A stretch of DNA of 62,575 bases, filler included, from Kipferlia bialata (GCA_003568945.1; 5 parts of 5 records of this genome joined end to end with filler, not necessarily neighbours in it), one strand, 5' to 3'; numbered from the whole stretch's first letter, positions 24,498-37,861 are shown. The notes: generated by a model from the sequence alone, not told the origin. Translations and numbers: made by a program.

Positions 24498-25488
24498 ATG
24501 TCAGCAACAATCAATGCTGAGGAGCTGTGGCCGCTGACGGCTGCCAAGAGCTTCAAGTCGTTCACTGAGTCACAGCACCTGGATGACGGAGACTTCTGTG
24601 CGCATGTGGTGTTCATCCCCAACACGTCGTTTGCACAGCGGTCAGAGACCCTGGCCTACAAGAAGAAGCACGGGTGCTATGCCATGTTTGCGGCATACCC
24701 CGTCAACAGCAGCATGGCAGACCTAGAGGTATGGGCTGTGCTTGGGGTTATACGTTCTGCTTGTGTGTGTATGTATGAGGGTCGTCGTCAAGCTCAATGT
24801 ATGTGCAGGGGTGGTGGTGCGGTGTCACATACATACAGGGGTCATGTATATTATACGTAGTGAGCATAGTGAGTCCTGTGTGTCGTTACGGACGCAGCAG
24901 AGGGTCATTGGTATATATAGGCTGTGTTTCGGCGTTGGCTCTCTTCTTCTCTCGTACCCCGTCTTCCCTGACCTCAGGGTGCTCTGCAGCTAGGCTTTGA
25001 TGGGTTCCTGCTGTCCATGGCCAAGTACGACTACGATAGACCCATCACTGACCTGCTGAACACCCTGGCTGACATCGCATCCCTCGGGAGGTGAGTGTAG
25101 GAGACTATATCATTGCTGTGCCCCTCCCCCCCTTGCCAACCTCAGACTCACCATCCTGGAGCACTGTGACTACAACCACATCAGACCCTGCCTCCCCTAC
25201 GTCAACGGGTTCCTGCTCAGCAACCCCCTCTACGCACCCATCGGCGGAAGGTATGAGCCACCTCACTTCTGTCCCTTCCATGTGTCTATATATATATATG
25301 TGCATAGATATCATAGATATCACAGATATCAATCGTATATGCCCAGGGATACTGTCTCTGCTCCTTGTATGCTACCCTCAGGCTTCTTCCCCGCAAGACC
25401 CGGCAGCTGGAGCCCGTGCTGAAGCTGCTGCAGCAGGAGACGCAGTCCCGACCCGACTTTGCTGTATTTGCTAGCCAGTACATCAGAG
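24498..25488 (+). CDS. N-terminal fragment of a protein with a GH114/PelA-like TIM-barrel pattern (possibly a Gtb3/PelF-like glycosyltransferase N-terminus); 3'-truncated
   Basis: Four GT-AG exons in continuous frame: ..SMADLE|GALQLGFDGFLLS..|..LPYVNGFLLSNPLYAPIGGR|..LLQQETQSRPDFAVFASQY. The gene is well supported; the family assignment comes from remembered motifs only. Confidence 0.4.
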
Positions 25489-25600
25489 GTACGGGTGTCC
25501 TGGCTCTCTCTCTCTCTCTATGCATTGGTGTACTGGACTGCCCTGTGTATATTCTCCACTCCCCCCCCCCCCCCCCCCTTCCGGGGGGGGTTTTGTTTTT

Positions 25601-25700
25601 NNNNNNNNNNNNNNNNNNNNNNNNNNNNNNNNNNNNNNNNNNNNTTAATTAATTAANNNNNNNNNNNNNNNNNNNNNNNNNNNNNNNNNNNNNNNNNNNN
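25601..25700. other. Artificial contig spacer
   Basis: N44-TTAATTAATTAA-N44. Confidence 0.98.
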
Positions 25701-26413
25701 GGGGGGGGGGGGGGGGGGGGGGGGGGGGGAGAGAGAGAGAGAGAGAGAGAGAGTAGAAGAGAAGAGATATTATATATAGAGATATTATATATTCGGTATG
25801 TAGCAGCTGTGCAATGAGGAGAGACAGTCTGGGTCCTCTGACAAGACACTGTCAGATGTATGTATACCCACGTACCGTAGTTGGTTCTGTCCCCATACAA
25901 TACCCCATCAACCTCACTCCCACATTGGCCTGATGAGACTGTGTAGTGCCAGGTGTTCTCGGAGTCCTGTAGTTGGACAACATGGGTAGAGAGAGATACA
26001 GAGGGGGGGAGAGAGAGCGGGCCAAGTCAAGTGCGTCAGTGATGATACCTGGAGGTGCACTGCTATGTCTGTGGCGTTGGTGAAGGAGACCACGACCTTG
26101 GACCCCGGCCAGTCAAAGGCCACCTCGTGGGTGGACTCCACATACCTGCCCACCACCTGGAAGTACTCACTGACAGGTCAGACATACATACATACATACA
26201 TGCTTACATATATATATATATATAGGGCATAATGAGTAGTAGAGTATGTGTGAGAGATAGAGACACCTGGAAGTACTCACTGACATGTCAGAGAGAGGGG
26301 GGGGGGGGGGGGATAGAGAAAGAGGGGGGTTACCTGTCGTATGGCACCATGGATGCATGTGCACACACTAATAATGCACACAGCGATGCGAGCAGCAGTA
26401 TGCCACGTGGCAT
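25701..26413 (-). CDS. Secreted carbohydrate esterase family 2 (CE2/SGNH)-like protein, N-terminal part; 3'-truncated
   Basis: Signal peptide MPRGILLLASLCALLVCAHA. Exon 2 EYFQVVGRYVESTHEVAFDWPGSKVVVSFTNATDIAVHL matches the CE2 N-terminal GR...FxWPGxxxxxxF motif. The catalytic SGNH domain is not in the window. Confidence 0.65.
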
Positions 26414-26703
26414 CAGGGGTGATGGTGACACGGTAAAGAGGATTGGGGATGACATCTTGGGACATTTCTAGATCTGCTCCAACCCTTTTCCCGATCCACG
26501 TCTGGGTAACCCAGACTGGGTTATATTATACACCTATATTTACTACTACTTCACCGCCACAGTCACAATGAAAGGTCTCCACTAAGTTGCACATGAAACA
26601 ACCATCTATTAACTGGATACAAACATAGAAATATCATTACATAACCGAGGCCACGTTGACCTAGACCTCGCTCCCATAGCAGTGCCAATCTCCTAGACAG
26701 TGT

Positions 26704-27585
26704 CTAGTTGACATACTTGACTGGGTAAGGCACCCTAGGCACCACCCTGCGGTACTTCTCCTTGGCGGTGTCTGTCTTGCCCACAGCTATGCAGCAGTGC
26801 ACCTTGTGGTCATCGGGGATGCCGCACTCAGCCTAAGGGTAAGAGGGAGACAGGTTGTTGTATCATATAGATATACAGTTATAACAATCACACTAAAATT
26901 TGTGTATATATGCGTCTCCCACCTTGAGGTTGGGGAACATCTCCAGACACATGGTGACCAGACCACCCCAGAAGGTGCCCAGGCCCTTAGCCACTGCGTA
27001 CAGCTCGAGGGTGGTGGCTGCTAGGATGGTGTCCTCGGCAGGGTCGTACCCCTTGTTGGCGGCATGGACAAGGACGAAGTGGGGTGCCCCGTGGAAGAGG
27101 GGGTCTGCCCCATCCTTGCCCTGGCCCTTGATCATGAAGGAGTACGGGTGGTCGGAGGGGAAGGCCTCGCCGATCTTGAGGCCCAGCTGGTGCATGAAGG
27201 CACGGCCCAGCACGGTGTACTCAACGGGACGGAAGTTGACGGCAGACGGGCAGTGCTGGGTGACGTCGAGTAGCTCAGTCAGATACTCCTCGGAGAGGGT
27301 GTCTGGAAGGAAGGACCGTACTGTGCGACGGGTCTCCACCAGGTGCCTGAAGTCATCTGCTGCGGTCTCACCCAGCTTGACCAGCCTCTGGGGGGTGGTG
27401 TCGAAGAGAGAGATGGCACCGGCGGGGCAGGCAGCAGCACAGTGGCCACAGGATATGCACCTCTCGGGGTGGACCACGACGGCCTTCTTGGCAGACACCT
27501 CAATCACACCAGCAGGGCACACGCTTGTGCAGCTGCCGCATCCAACGCAAGTATCAGCATCAATGGTGGGAACAGTAGGAGCCAT
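26704..27585 (-). CDS. Ferredoxin-nitroreductase fusion (2x[4Fe-4S] + nitroreductase), Giardia NR1/NR2-like; two exons
   Basis: CVGCGSCTSVCP and CISCGHCAAACP; RRTVRSF, PSAVNFRP, LFHGAP, GLGTFWGG. Intron ~26833-26922; exon 2 ends PYPVKYVN* at 26704-26706. Confidence 0.95.
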
Positions 27586-27637
27586 GGCTTGAGTTATCGA
27601 AAGAAAGTGGGTCGTGATTCAGCTCCATAATCAGAGC

Positions 27638-27739
27638 AATCAATTCTTCGAGTAGAGTGGATCACTTCCAAAATGAATCAATTGCTCGAGTAAAGTGAAT
27701 CACGAATCCGAAACGAGTTGCTCAGTACAAACGGATCTG
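27638..27739. repeat. Imperfect ~38-bp tandem repeat just upstream of the nitroreductase start
   Basis: AATCAATTCTTCGAGTAGAGTGGATCAC (27638) and AATCAATTGCTCGAGTAAAGTGAATCAC (27676), with a weaker third copy near 27712. Confidence 0.7.
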
Positions 27740-27853
27740 ATGCTTAATCCAATAATTTACCTTCTGTGTTACATCCACCCAGACTGCAGCGTCCCAGTAT
27801 ACTATATACCATATACTATACTATGGATGAAGGTATCTACCTAGTCTATTGGT

Positions 27854-30800
27854 CTAGTAGTGCGTGCGAGTCTTGCTTCGGAAGGATGAGAACCCCTGCG
27901 AGGCGTTACGTCTGAACCTCTCAAAGAGCATTGCCTCTCTCTGCCTCAACAACAGGGAGGTGGGTGCCATTGAAGAGACAGAGTCAGGGTCGGGGGAGGG
28001 GACAGTACCAACAGCACTGTCACTATCAACCACAGGGTCTCTGATGAGACTGGTGTCCATGCTACCCAGGGTGGGTGAGGACACGCCATGCCTAGACCTG
28101 ACAGGGGGACTGGGTGGGGTGTCCTGTCCTGACGGGCCAAGGGCTCCCCTGCCTCTCTCTCTCCTGCCTCTTCTGTCCTTAGAGGTCAGAGACACACGAG
28201 ATAGACCCAAACCCCCATCGTCTTGCTCGGACCTCACACGCACATCTCTGCTCGTGCGGCCCAGAGACCTATCAGCCGAGGCCTGGATGGCGTCAGGGAG
28301 GGAGTACACATCGGGTATGGAGAGCTCCTGGGGCGACACGGACCGCTCACTCTGCCTATCTGCTCTGGATTCATGCTCTACAGGCTCTTGGGAGAGGGAG
28401 AGAGAGGCGTGAGGGGAGGTAGGGGAACCACTAGAGAGGGAGAGAGACATGCTCGAGTCCAGCTCTGCCTCCTGATGTCTAGTCTCTCTCTCCCTCCTCT
28501 GCCGAGTCTCTCCTCCCCTGACACCTCCAGATGGGGACACTTGTGGTGAAGTCACCCGAGTGGCACTCCTCTTCCTAGTCCTGGGTACAGGCCTAGCCAC
28601 TAGCACACTCACACCCAGAGACCCGGCATCACCCCCACCCACATGGGCAGATGGGTGGGTGGGACCAGGGTGGGATGCCGCATGAGTACTCCCCGGCCCC
28701 TCCCCCTGCCACATCCACCTGTTCTCGGGGTATGTCAGTGCTCTAGCCATCTGGGCACGGGTGGTGCGGCGGGTCAGGGCACTCTCCCTCCACGCTGCCT
28801 GGGGTGAGGAGAAGAGAGTAAAGTGTGTACATATAGAGGAACCGAGTAGAGATTGTATCAGGGTGGGACACTCACCAGTATGACCCCTAGGCCATGCCTC
28901 TCGATACTGCGTCTCAATACCATGGCTGCTCTCTCTTGGTCGAGGCTGCTGTAGGGCCTATCCCCAGACCAGGAGGCCGACTGCCACACAGGCCGCTGCC
29001 TGCCCTGCCTGTAGCCATGCCTCTCTCTGCCTGCAGAGGAGTGCCCCACAGCACGGTCGTCAGTGCGAGAGTGGTGGATACCGGCATATGTGGCTCCCTG
29101 CCTCTCCCTCTCTGACCCTGTCGAGTGGTGCCCCCCCCCTGTGTCTATCCGTCCTAGCAGTCTGACCGGGTGGGCAGAGGTGGTCATGGGGGACAGAGAC
29201 ACAGAGCGTCGCCGGTCGGATGCCTCCCTCCCGCTGTCCCTCCTCACCCTACTAGACTGCACCAGCCTGTGTGACCCATGGCCATGAGTAGGGTGGGTGT
29301 CTCTGCCATAGGCCTCAGGGTGGGGGTGGGAGGTGTGGCCTCTGATGTAGGGGTGGGTGTGGGTGGGGGAGGCACCCTCAAAGTGCACACTGCGGGATGC
29401 ACTAAGAGTCACAGGGGTATCAGCCTCGGGATGGCGCAGGATGGACTGTTGTCTCTCTCTCTCCCTCTCGGCCTCTGCCAACCGAACCTTCTCTCTCTCA
29501 CGCTCCCTCTCCACTTCCACTATGCGTTCTCTCTCCCTCTGTCTCTCTCTCTCCTCCTCTCTCATTCTGGCCAGAGCAGACCCCAGGGCAGATCTCTCCC
29601 GTTCAGCACCTATACGACCTCTGCCTGTGTCACCGATGGAACGAGTACTGGTACCAGGTGAATCTCTGTAGACAGTGGGGGAGGTCTTGGTTCTCTCTCT
29701 CTCCCTGTCTCTCTCTCTCTGTCTCTTCTCCTCGAGTACCCTCTCTCTCTCCCTCTCTGCCTCCCTCTGCCTCTCTGCCTCTCTCTCCACCTCCTCCTGG
29801 TGTCTCTTGTGCAGTCTCTCAGCATATGCAGTGGCCAGGGAGGTGAGCACACGGCACTGCAGGCGCTGTCGGCGTCTACTGAGCACAACCCTACCCCTGT
29901 CCCTCAGAGATATACGCAGCCTAGACCCCTGCCGCCAGCTGATGTAAGACAATAGAGTGTCACACAGAAAATATTACTACAGTATAGACCTCCTCCCCCC
30001 ACCTAGTGATTGATGTCCTGACCAGTCTGCGTCTCCCCCTGAGCACCACCCTCCTCTCCTTCTTGTGCAGCTCTGCCTGTGTGTCATGTGCCTGTCTCCA
30101 CAGTCTGAGGCACCTGGCCCTGGCATCCAGGGACACAATGGCATGCACTGCAGCCTCAGCCTTGGCCAGCCTCACTCTGTCAGACAGCGCTAGATGCCAC
30201 GTATCCAGGGCACTAGAGAGCAGGGTGTGGGAGTGGGCCCTCTCCACCTGCCTCCCAGCTGTCTCTACCCTCCAGCCCCCAACCACCTCCCTTAGGAGCC
30301 TTGTGTTGACTGCCTCTGTGCACTCTGCCTCTCTCTCCCTCAGGGCCTGTCTGTTCAGTGCCTCCCACCGCCACAGGTGCAGGGCACGCCTCGCAGGCCA
30401 GGCACTGGTGCGTAGCCATGCCCCTGCCTGCACCCCGGCATGTCGGGAGAAGAGAGACGCAGCCTCGACCACAGCATCACAGTACACAGCAACCTGGGGG
30501 GTGAGGATGGGGGGGGGGGCATAAAGGGATGGAGAAATTAGGGAGAGTACATGATCACAAGATACCTGGTCCACTGCCCTCTCTCTCTTCTGGTACCGCC
30601 CCCTCCAGGTACCCAGACAGAGTCTGACAAGACCTGTCTCACTGAGGGCCTGCACCTTGCCCTCTGCCTCCCGACACAGCCTGCGGCGCACAGTGTGTCT
30701 TCCCCACCGCCTGATGAATAGGGTGAGACAGGCAGCCACAGCCCGGTTGCTGGGGTGAGTCGAATCCCAAAGATACACAGCATGCCTCTATTGTGCATAA

Positions 30801-32689
30801 AACTGCTCCATACCTGTCGATCTGAGCCCTCAGCTTCTCCTTCCTGGCAGTGTTGGCAGCCTGTCTCCACACATTGGTGGAGGTGGACAGAAGAAGGGTG
30901 CGGTGGGAGCTCCTGCGGTGGGAGGGGTTCTAGAGAGAGAGAGAGAATCTAAGCAGACTACCAACCTGACACTGAGCTCCCTTGCCCTGAGGCACATGCT
31001 CCTCTCTGTGGCCTCTCTCCATGACCCTACGGCAGATCCTAGGGTATGGAGGTCAAACACTCTGCGGCAGTGGGCCAAGACCTTGAGGTCAGTGGTATGA
31101 GTGATATAGTGTCCCAATAGTATGAATCAAGTAGGTACCTCTCTTCTGGTCTTGATCTTTGTGTAGCACCCGACCCAGCACCCCAGCGCCCTCTGTCTCA
31201 GGGTGTGTGTGAAGTGTCTGTCTGCCCTAGCCACCTGCTCCCTCTGGCCCCTTCTGATGGAGAGGGCCCTGACCCACAGACCCCACACAGAGCGAGTGAG
31301 GCTGGTACGGGCATCGACTCTGGAGGAGAGGGAGAGACACTGGTGTCTCTGCAGCATCAGGGAGAGGGCCTGGCGCTGACAGGTGTAGTCTCGTAGGGCA
31401 GATACCCTGGAGTGAGAGATACAGTGACAAGTATACATGGTAGTAACCCTCCCCTCACCAATAACTAGTCCACCATTATCCCTCCCACCTCCTGTGTCCC
31501 ATGCATATCCTGGCAGCGTCTGCCCAGTGTGTGAAGGAGGTCGAGGCCAACCGCACACCCACAACCTTCTCCACCTGTCTGCCCCGCATCCCTAGGGAGT
31601 GCAGCCTAGACCGCAGGGCAGAGAAGGCAGCTGTCTGAGTGTTGTAGGTCGTAATGGCAGTCACTAGGCCACCAGCCCGGACTAGCCTGAAATCAGAGAG
31701 AGAGAGAGAGAGGGGGGGGGGGGGGGCATAGAAGAGAATACTCTGCACAGCTAGTAGAACTTCTACCCTTGCAACTCCCCCACCTTGTGACGTATCTCCA
31801 GTGCACCACCACCCTTGACATGTGCCGCACATCCAGACGGTCCAGCCGCTCAGTCTCTCTCCTCACCACCCTCTGCCTGTCCTCCTTGCGCCGCTGTGCA
31901 CGGTCCCTCCTTCCACCCAGGAGGTCTCTGAGTACCAGGCGCATGGCTAGGCTGAGAAAGGGAGGAGAAGGGGAGGGGAAGGGGACGGGAAGGGGAGGTG
32001 GGTGAGCATATGTATTTAGGTTGTAAGTTAACACATACCTCTTACGGAACGTGTCTGCAGCCTGACATCCCGAATGATACCAACGAGGTTGTACGCCTGG
32101 GTAAGAACGAGACGGTGTTTGCTGAGGGCATAGAAAGAAGGAAAGCTCGATGCATGGATAGTATTATCAATCCACCAACCTCACACATTCTAGCGGTCTT
32201 GCGCCAGGCCAACAGTGGTCTCCTCAGTGACATCACCAGCACCCGGTCCTCCCTGTCACCCAATGTCTCTGATATGGAGAGACTGGGTCCCTCTGACTCT
32301 GTCACTGACACATCCTGAAGGGGCTGGTCAGTAACCCCACTGTCACCTGTAGTAGAGGGGGGGACACTCCCCGGAGAAACAGCACTCCCTACTACATCTC
32401 TGTGCTCTCCTCCACCTGTCCGCAGTGGTCTCGATCGACTGTGGGAGAGAGAGGTAGGAGTAGAGGGGGAGCCGATCCGGCTACTGCCCCTATCTACCTT
32501 CCTGAGCCTCGTCTTGGGGTTGTCAGGAGTACCCAGCATCAATGGCGATGGATCAGGCAGCATACTGGGCCGGAGGGAGTCAGAGAGCACCATAGACGGG
32601 GTCGACGCTGCTGGAGACACATTGGAGAGTGAGAGAGAGGGGGTTATGCTCATCGTCAGTGAAGACGGGGACAGCACATCACTGTTCAT
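27854..32689 (-). CDS. Sfi1-like centrin-binding repeat protein with low-complexity termini; multi-exon
   Basis: Periodic helical repeats ending in Trp (LRRPLLAWRK, LRQRALGCWV, LGSAVGSWRE, VRLCLGTWRG, LLREVVGGWRV, LLSSALDTWHL, RARCLRLWRQ), typical of Sfi1 repeats. Confidence 0.75.
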
Positions 32690-33112
32690 AACTCACAGCC
32701 TGTATGCACAGGGATAGTCCCTGAGGACTAGGCCGGCCCGATGAGAGCCAGTGTCTAAGATCCCACGCTGTGTGAGAAAAGTGCAGATTCTGAGCACAGC
32801 GCCAAATATATAAACCCTTAAGCGGTTGCAAAAATCTAAACGTTATATCACTACTAGGAGCATTGAAGCATATTATTGCACCCTTCCCATCCTTTTGTAG
32901 TCCGAAGGCGTGTTGCGACGGCATCTGTAAGCTACCACCACTGACGGGACTGAAAATTAGTCTAGCTGAATTGCAGGGTGTTTGAAACGAGTTTTTGTTG
33001 GCGGTTTGGTTGTAGGGTGTAGTGGTCAGTTGGAGTCAAGTACCCAACCACTGCCTTTCAATTCCCTTCTAGTGCTAATACTAGTAATAGCAGAGTTGCA
33101 TACCATCATAGT

Positions 33113-34635
33113 ATGCGGGTGTCAGTGCTGTTCTCCTCGTCCACTGGACATACGAGGTGAGGAATTACAGTCAGTGTCATTATCAAGACGGTTGAGTGGT
33201 CTGCTATAGATCTCTGTTCTAATAATGTCCTGGCATCGACGCTGCTGAGTACGGCAGTATCACCTACATTCGCCAATGTGTTTTATGTCCTTCCCCTCCC
33301 CCTCATCCCAGGGCAGCTGCTGAGCACGTGAGGGATGGGATGGAGACAGTGACCGGTGTCAGTGCCAGTCTCTGTAGTATGGTGCCCCTGTATAAGAGAC
33401 TGGTGGCCCACCAGGACGGGGCCTTCCCTGAGGCAGACGCCTATGTCTTTGCGGCATGGCCCATGTTCCACAGACCCCAAGCATTTGTGCAAGAGTATGC
33501 TAAGGTACATACCACTCCTTTCCCAACACAGTCTCACACTGTCCTGTGTTTGCCTGTCACTTTCATCATCCCCCTCACACAGGCATTCCCCCCAGAGCTG
33601 CTGAGGGACAAGCCCGTGGCTGTGTTCTGTACCAGCCAGGGTGCACCAGGTAGGGTGGAGTCAATCTTGGTTGTTTGATACTGATCCTGATGCCAGTTTG
33701 TTTATGGTATTTTCACACAGTCACGACCCATGCACCATTGGTCTTACCATCAGGGCGGCTATATCGTGTGATTGCGGCCCCCCTACGGAAGAAGGGTGCT
33801 CTCATTGCCAGCTATAAGGACTTTGACGTGACACCCCTAGCACCTCCCTGCATCAGTCAAGAGAGGGAGGCATCACACTCTGAAACAGCAACTGATACGA
33901 GGAAGCGCATTCCAGAGACAAAGGTAGGCAGTATCAACTCCCCCCCCCCCCCTACCAGCTAACTTCACGAATTACTACTCGATACATCAACCCCAGGCTG
34001 CGTCCATATCTGAGTGGGGTGCATCCCTTCCCGCTGCCTTCCAGCGTGCTATCGATGCCAAGAACGGAGCCAACCCCCTCCAGCTGCAGCATGAGACAGA
34101 GGCTGACCCGAGTGTGACAGGAGTGTCAGGGTGTGGAGGTGATAGTAGCCCAAGGGTGCGTGTTGGTACCAATGGCACCCCCAGGGCATGCACCCTCTCC
34201 CACCCCCTCTACCAACGGATAGTGGGGCCTGTGGTAGTGGACCCCGACCTGTGTGTTGGGTGTGGGGCATGTGCCAGTGCCTGTCCCTACGACAACATTG
34301 TGATAGAGGGGATCGCGTCTTATGACCCGGCCCACGGCAGTGGCCACCCCTGCGAGGTGAGAGCTATCCACATATGGTATTTGTAATTGTCTCTCTGTGA
34401 TAGTGCTACACCTCACCCCCAGGGCTGCATGAGCTGTGTGTCTGCGTGTCCCAACCGTGCCCTGAGTGTGTCCCCTGCCTGGGTGTGTGACACAGACACA
34501 GGCCTGCCAGTGGATGCATGTACCAGTAGCAGTGACGATGCCCATGAGGATAGGGACCCCCCCTCCGACCCCCTCGATGCCCAGTCTCTATCAGACTGGC
34601 ATGGGTCGGTGGAGCAGTGTGGGACACCCTGGTGA
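33113..34635 (+). CDS. Flavodoxin-like + 2x[4Fe-4S] ferredoxin protein (EFR1-family-like); about 6 exons
   Basis: MRVSVLFSSSTGHTR (flavodoxin SxTGNT loop), ADAYVFAAWPMF, KPVAVFCTSQG; C-terminal CVGCGACASACP and CE|GCMSCVSACP. Confidence 0.85.
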
Positions 34636-34834
34636 CACAGTAATAGATGGAATATAGACCCAACAACCACCAATGTATCAGTATCCACAATAGATCTATT
34701 GGGTCACCAATCGACTTCACTTGGACAGAAGGACACAAAACAAATTACACCTGCCAGGTACACACACAAATATGATATCAACGGCTACTAAACTTGGGAG
34801 GCAGGGGGATACAAAAGGGGGTCTGTCTCTCTCC

Positions 34835-37825
34835 CTACTGGGACAGAGCATCCACGATGGAAACCATCGTGTCCTGGAGGAGGTCCTCGATGAGGGCGTC
34901 AGAGACCACGGCTATACAGTCAGCACCAGCGGCCAGAGACCCAGCGAGGAATGCGTTGAGGGTGTCTCTCTCCATCCTGGAGTGGAGGGTGGCAGGACGC
35001 CTCACCTCCTCTCTCTCCAGTGGTATGCTAGGCTGTGCCTCTAGAGCAGCGGCAAGGGATGGCTTGGGTGCCTCCACAGCCCTGGTCTCAATGGCCTCAG
35101 GGATAGTCTCAGGTGCAGTGATGGCCTGGGAGGTTGCCTCCTCGATGTCCAGGGCCTTGCCCTCTGCCTCTGCCTCTATCTCTGCCTCTGCTAGAACAGC
35201 TGCAGCCTCAGCCTGCTCCTCATCTTGGAGGGATATGGAGGGGGACAGAGACTCTACGGGCTCACCCTCGCTGGAGGTGGGGGACGTGAAGGGGGACCGC
35301 TTGCCCAGGGGGGACAGGGAGGGGGAGAGGATGGAGGACCCTGGGGAGAGGATGTCGGTCTGGCCGAAGGAGGGGATCAGGGCAAGCTCTCTCTTGGCCT
35401 GCTTCTCTCTCTCTCCCTCACCCACCAGAGTAACAGAGGGGGGCATCAGCACAATCTCGTCCTGGGCTGCAGAGTCCATTGCGCCTAGGGCAATGGCCTC
35501 CTGCAGCTCCCTCTCATCTCTCTCTCTCTCCTGCCTCTCTCTCTCTGCCACTGACCCCTCTGACTCATCAGCTATCAGGTCACTGGGCTCCAGCACAATC
35601 TCGGACAGCACCCCCTCCTCTGCCGCAAAGGACATGTCCAGGGGCTCCTCAGCAGACATGGCACTGGCCCGCTCCTTCTCTCTCTCTCTCTCTCTCTCCA
35701 CATCCGACCTGCTGAGTATGGCTAGGGTCATCTCGTCATCGATGTCACTCACAACCTCCAGTCCACGCTCGGCCTCCAGCTGCGCCACCCTCTGCTTCAG
35801 GTGCCCTCTATCAATGTTGCTCTGCCTAAGTGTCTCTGCCAGCCTCTCGTGTGCCTCGGCGGCTCTGGCCTCTACCTCCTTCACAGCAGACGCGGTATCG
35901 GCAAGGCCCTGCCTGGCTGTCTCCTCGAGAGCCCTCTCCCTCCCCTCAAGGTCTCTCTCTCTCTCCTCCAGCTCCCTAGCAGTATCAGCCAGTCTCTTCT
36001 CCTCTGCCTCCCGTGCCTGCTCTCCACTCTCTGCCTCAGCCAGTAGGGCGGCCTCTGCCTCCTCTGCCCTCCTCTCAGCTGCATCCAGGGTGTCCTGAAG
36101 AGATATGACGTCCTGCTGCAGAGTGAGGACAAGGTCTCTGCTCTGCTCTGCTGCCAGGGAGTGGGTCTCAACCTCCTCTTCCAGCTCAGCGGCATGCCTC
36201 TTGGCGGCCTCTCTCTCGCGCTCCCACTCCTCCTCTCTCTCCTCCAGATAGCTCCTGCCCTCGCTGCCTTCCTCCTCGGCCCTCTGCCTCAGGGTGGCCT
36301 CGAGAGCACTGACCCTCTCTCTCTCGGCTGTCAGCACCTGCTGCAGAGCCTCTGCCTCCTCCTTGGCCTCTGTACACTGCACCTTCAGCACCCCATACCC
36401 AGAGGACAGCGTCTCCTTCTCGGTCTGCAGGGTCTCCTTGGTAGATAGAAGGGTGTCCCTCTCTCTGCGTAGCGTGTCCATCTCCTCCCTCATGGTGTCA
36501 AGGGCAGCCTGCACCTCGGCAAGGCGCTCGGTATCCTCACCTGCTGGGGCAGACCCAGCCTCCTGGGCCTTCAGCATGAGTGCCTGCCTCTCTCCCTCCC
36601 ACTCGGCCCTGCTCTCAGCTAGGGAGGCCACGGCAGCAGCAAGACTGGCCTTCGTCTGGGCAAGCTCCCGTCCCTGGGCCTCGGATGCAAGGGTATATGC
36701 ATGGCGCTCCCCCTCCCACTCCTCCTGGGCCTGTAGGAGACTGGCCTTGACAGAGGCAACCTCCCTCATCCTCTGGCCGTTCTTGGTGCGGAGGGTATCG
36801 AGTTCGGTCTGGAGAGACTCTTCCCTGGCCTCTGCATCGCTCTCTCTCTCCCTCTCCCTGCAAAGGTCCCTCTCTGCAACCTCAAGCTTGCCAGACAACT
36901 GGGTGTAAGGGGGATGCTAGAGAGAGTTAGAGGAGCCACTCATAAATAGAACTATCCACCCCACCTGGGATATCTTGTACTCGGCCTCTATGGCACGTCT
37001 CTCCTCTGCGGCTGCCTTCCTAGAGAGTATCGACAGCTTGGCCATGCCCTCTGTCTCCGATGCCATCTGGGTGGCCAGCCTGGCCTCGGCCTCTAGGGCC
37101 CTGGCTTCAGACGCCTCGGAACGCTGAGGGGTAAGGGTATTGAGAGAGAGAGAGAGAGAGAATGATCCTCATACCTGGCTGAGTATCTCCAGCTGGGAGT
37201 GGGACACTGCTGTGCGGTGGTCCTGACTGGCGACGGATGCCCTGAGCGATGCTAGCTCTGTCTGCATGTCCAGGGTGCTAGAGGTGCCTGTCCTCTCCCT
37301 CTCCTCTGCGGCCTCTGCCCTCTTCCGCAGTGTCTGGATCTCTCTCTCCATCTCCGCCACTCTAGACAGGGCCATGTCTCTCTCGACTGAGTGCCGCCGG
37401 GCATGGGCTGCAGACTCAGGCTCTCTCTCGGGTGGAGGGACCTCTCTCTCCACATACACCGGCCCTGACCCCCCTAGACTGGCACTCATACCCGTGCCCA
37501 TCTCACCCACACCGTGTAGCTCCAATGAGCGTGTGGCCCCGTTCAGCCTGGCCTCCAGCTCTGCGTTCCTGGCCTCTGCCTCCTGTAGCCTCTCTGCCAG
37601 CATGGTGGCCTCATCGACAACCTGGGGGTCAGACAGAGAGAGACACAATAACAGGGCACTTACACTTGCCCGACATACACTGACCTGGGTCATCCTCTCG
37701 TCCCCCAGCTGGCGCTGTGCCTCCATGATGCTCTTGAAGTGGGACAACTGGGTCACACCCTGCTCTCTCTCGCGGGTGGCCTCCATCTTGGACAGGCCTG
37801 GAGGGTGAGAGAGGGACATGTATGT

Positions 37826-37861
<36 letters not shown>

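Noticed and set aside
26900..27592. 230-aa plus-strand ORF
   Set aside because: Antisense to the clearly recognisable ferredoxin-nitroreductase.
34794..36908. Long plus-strand ORFs (434 aa, 204 aa)
   Set aside because: Antisense shadows of the E/R/A-rich coiled-coil exon, with Ser/Leu-rich mirror composition.
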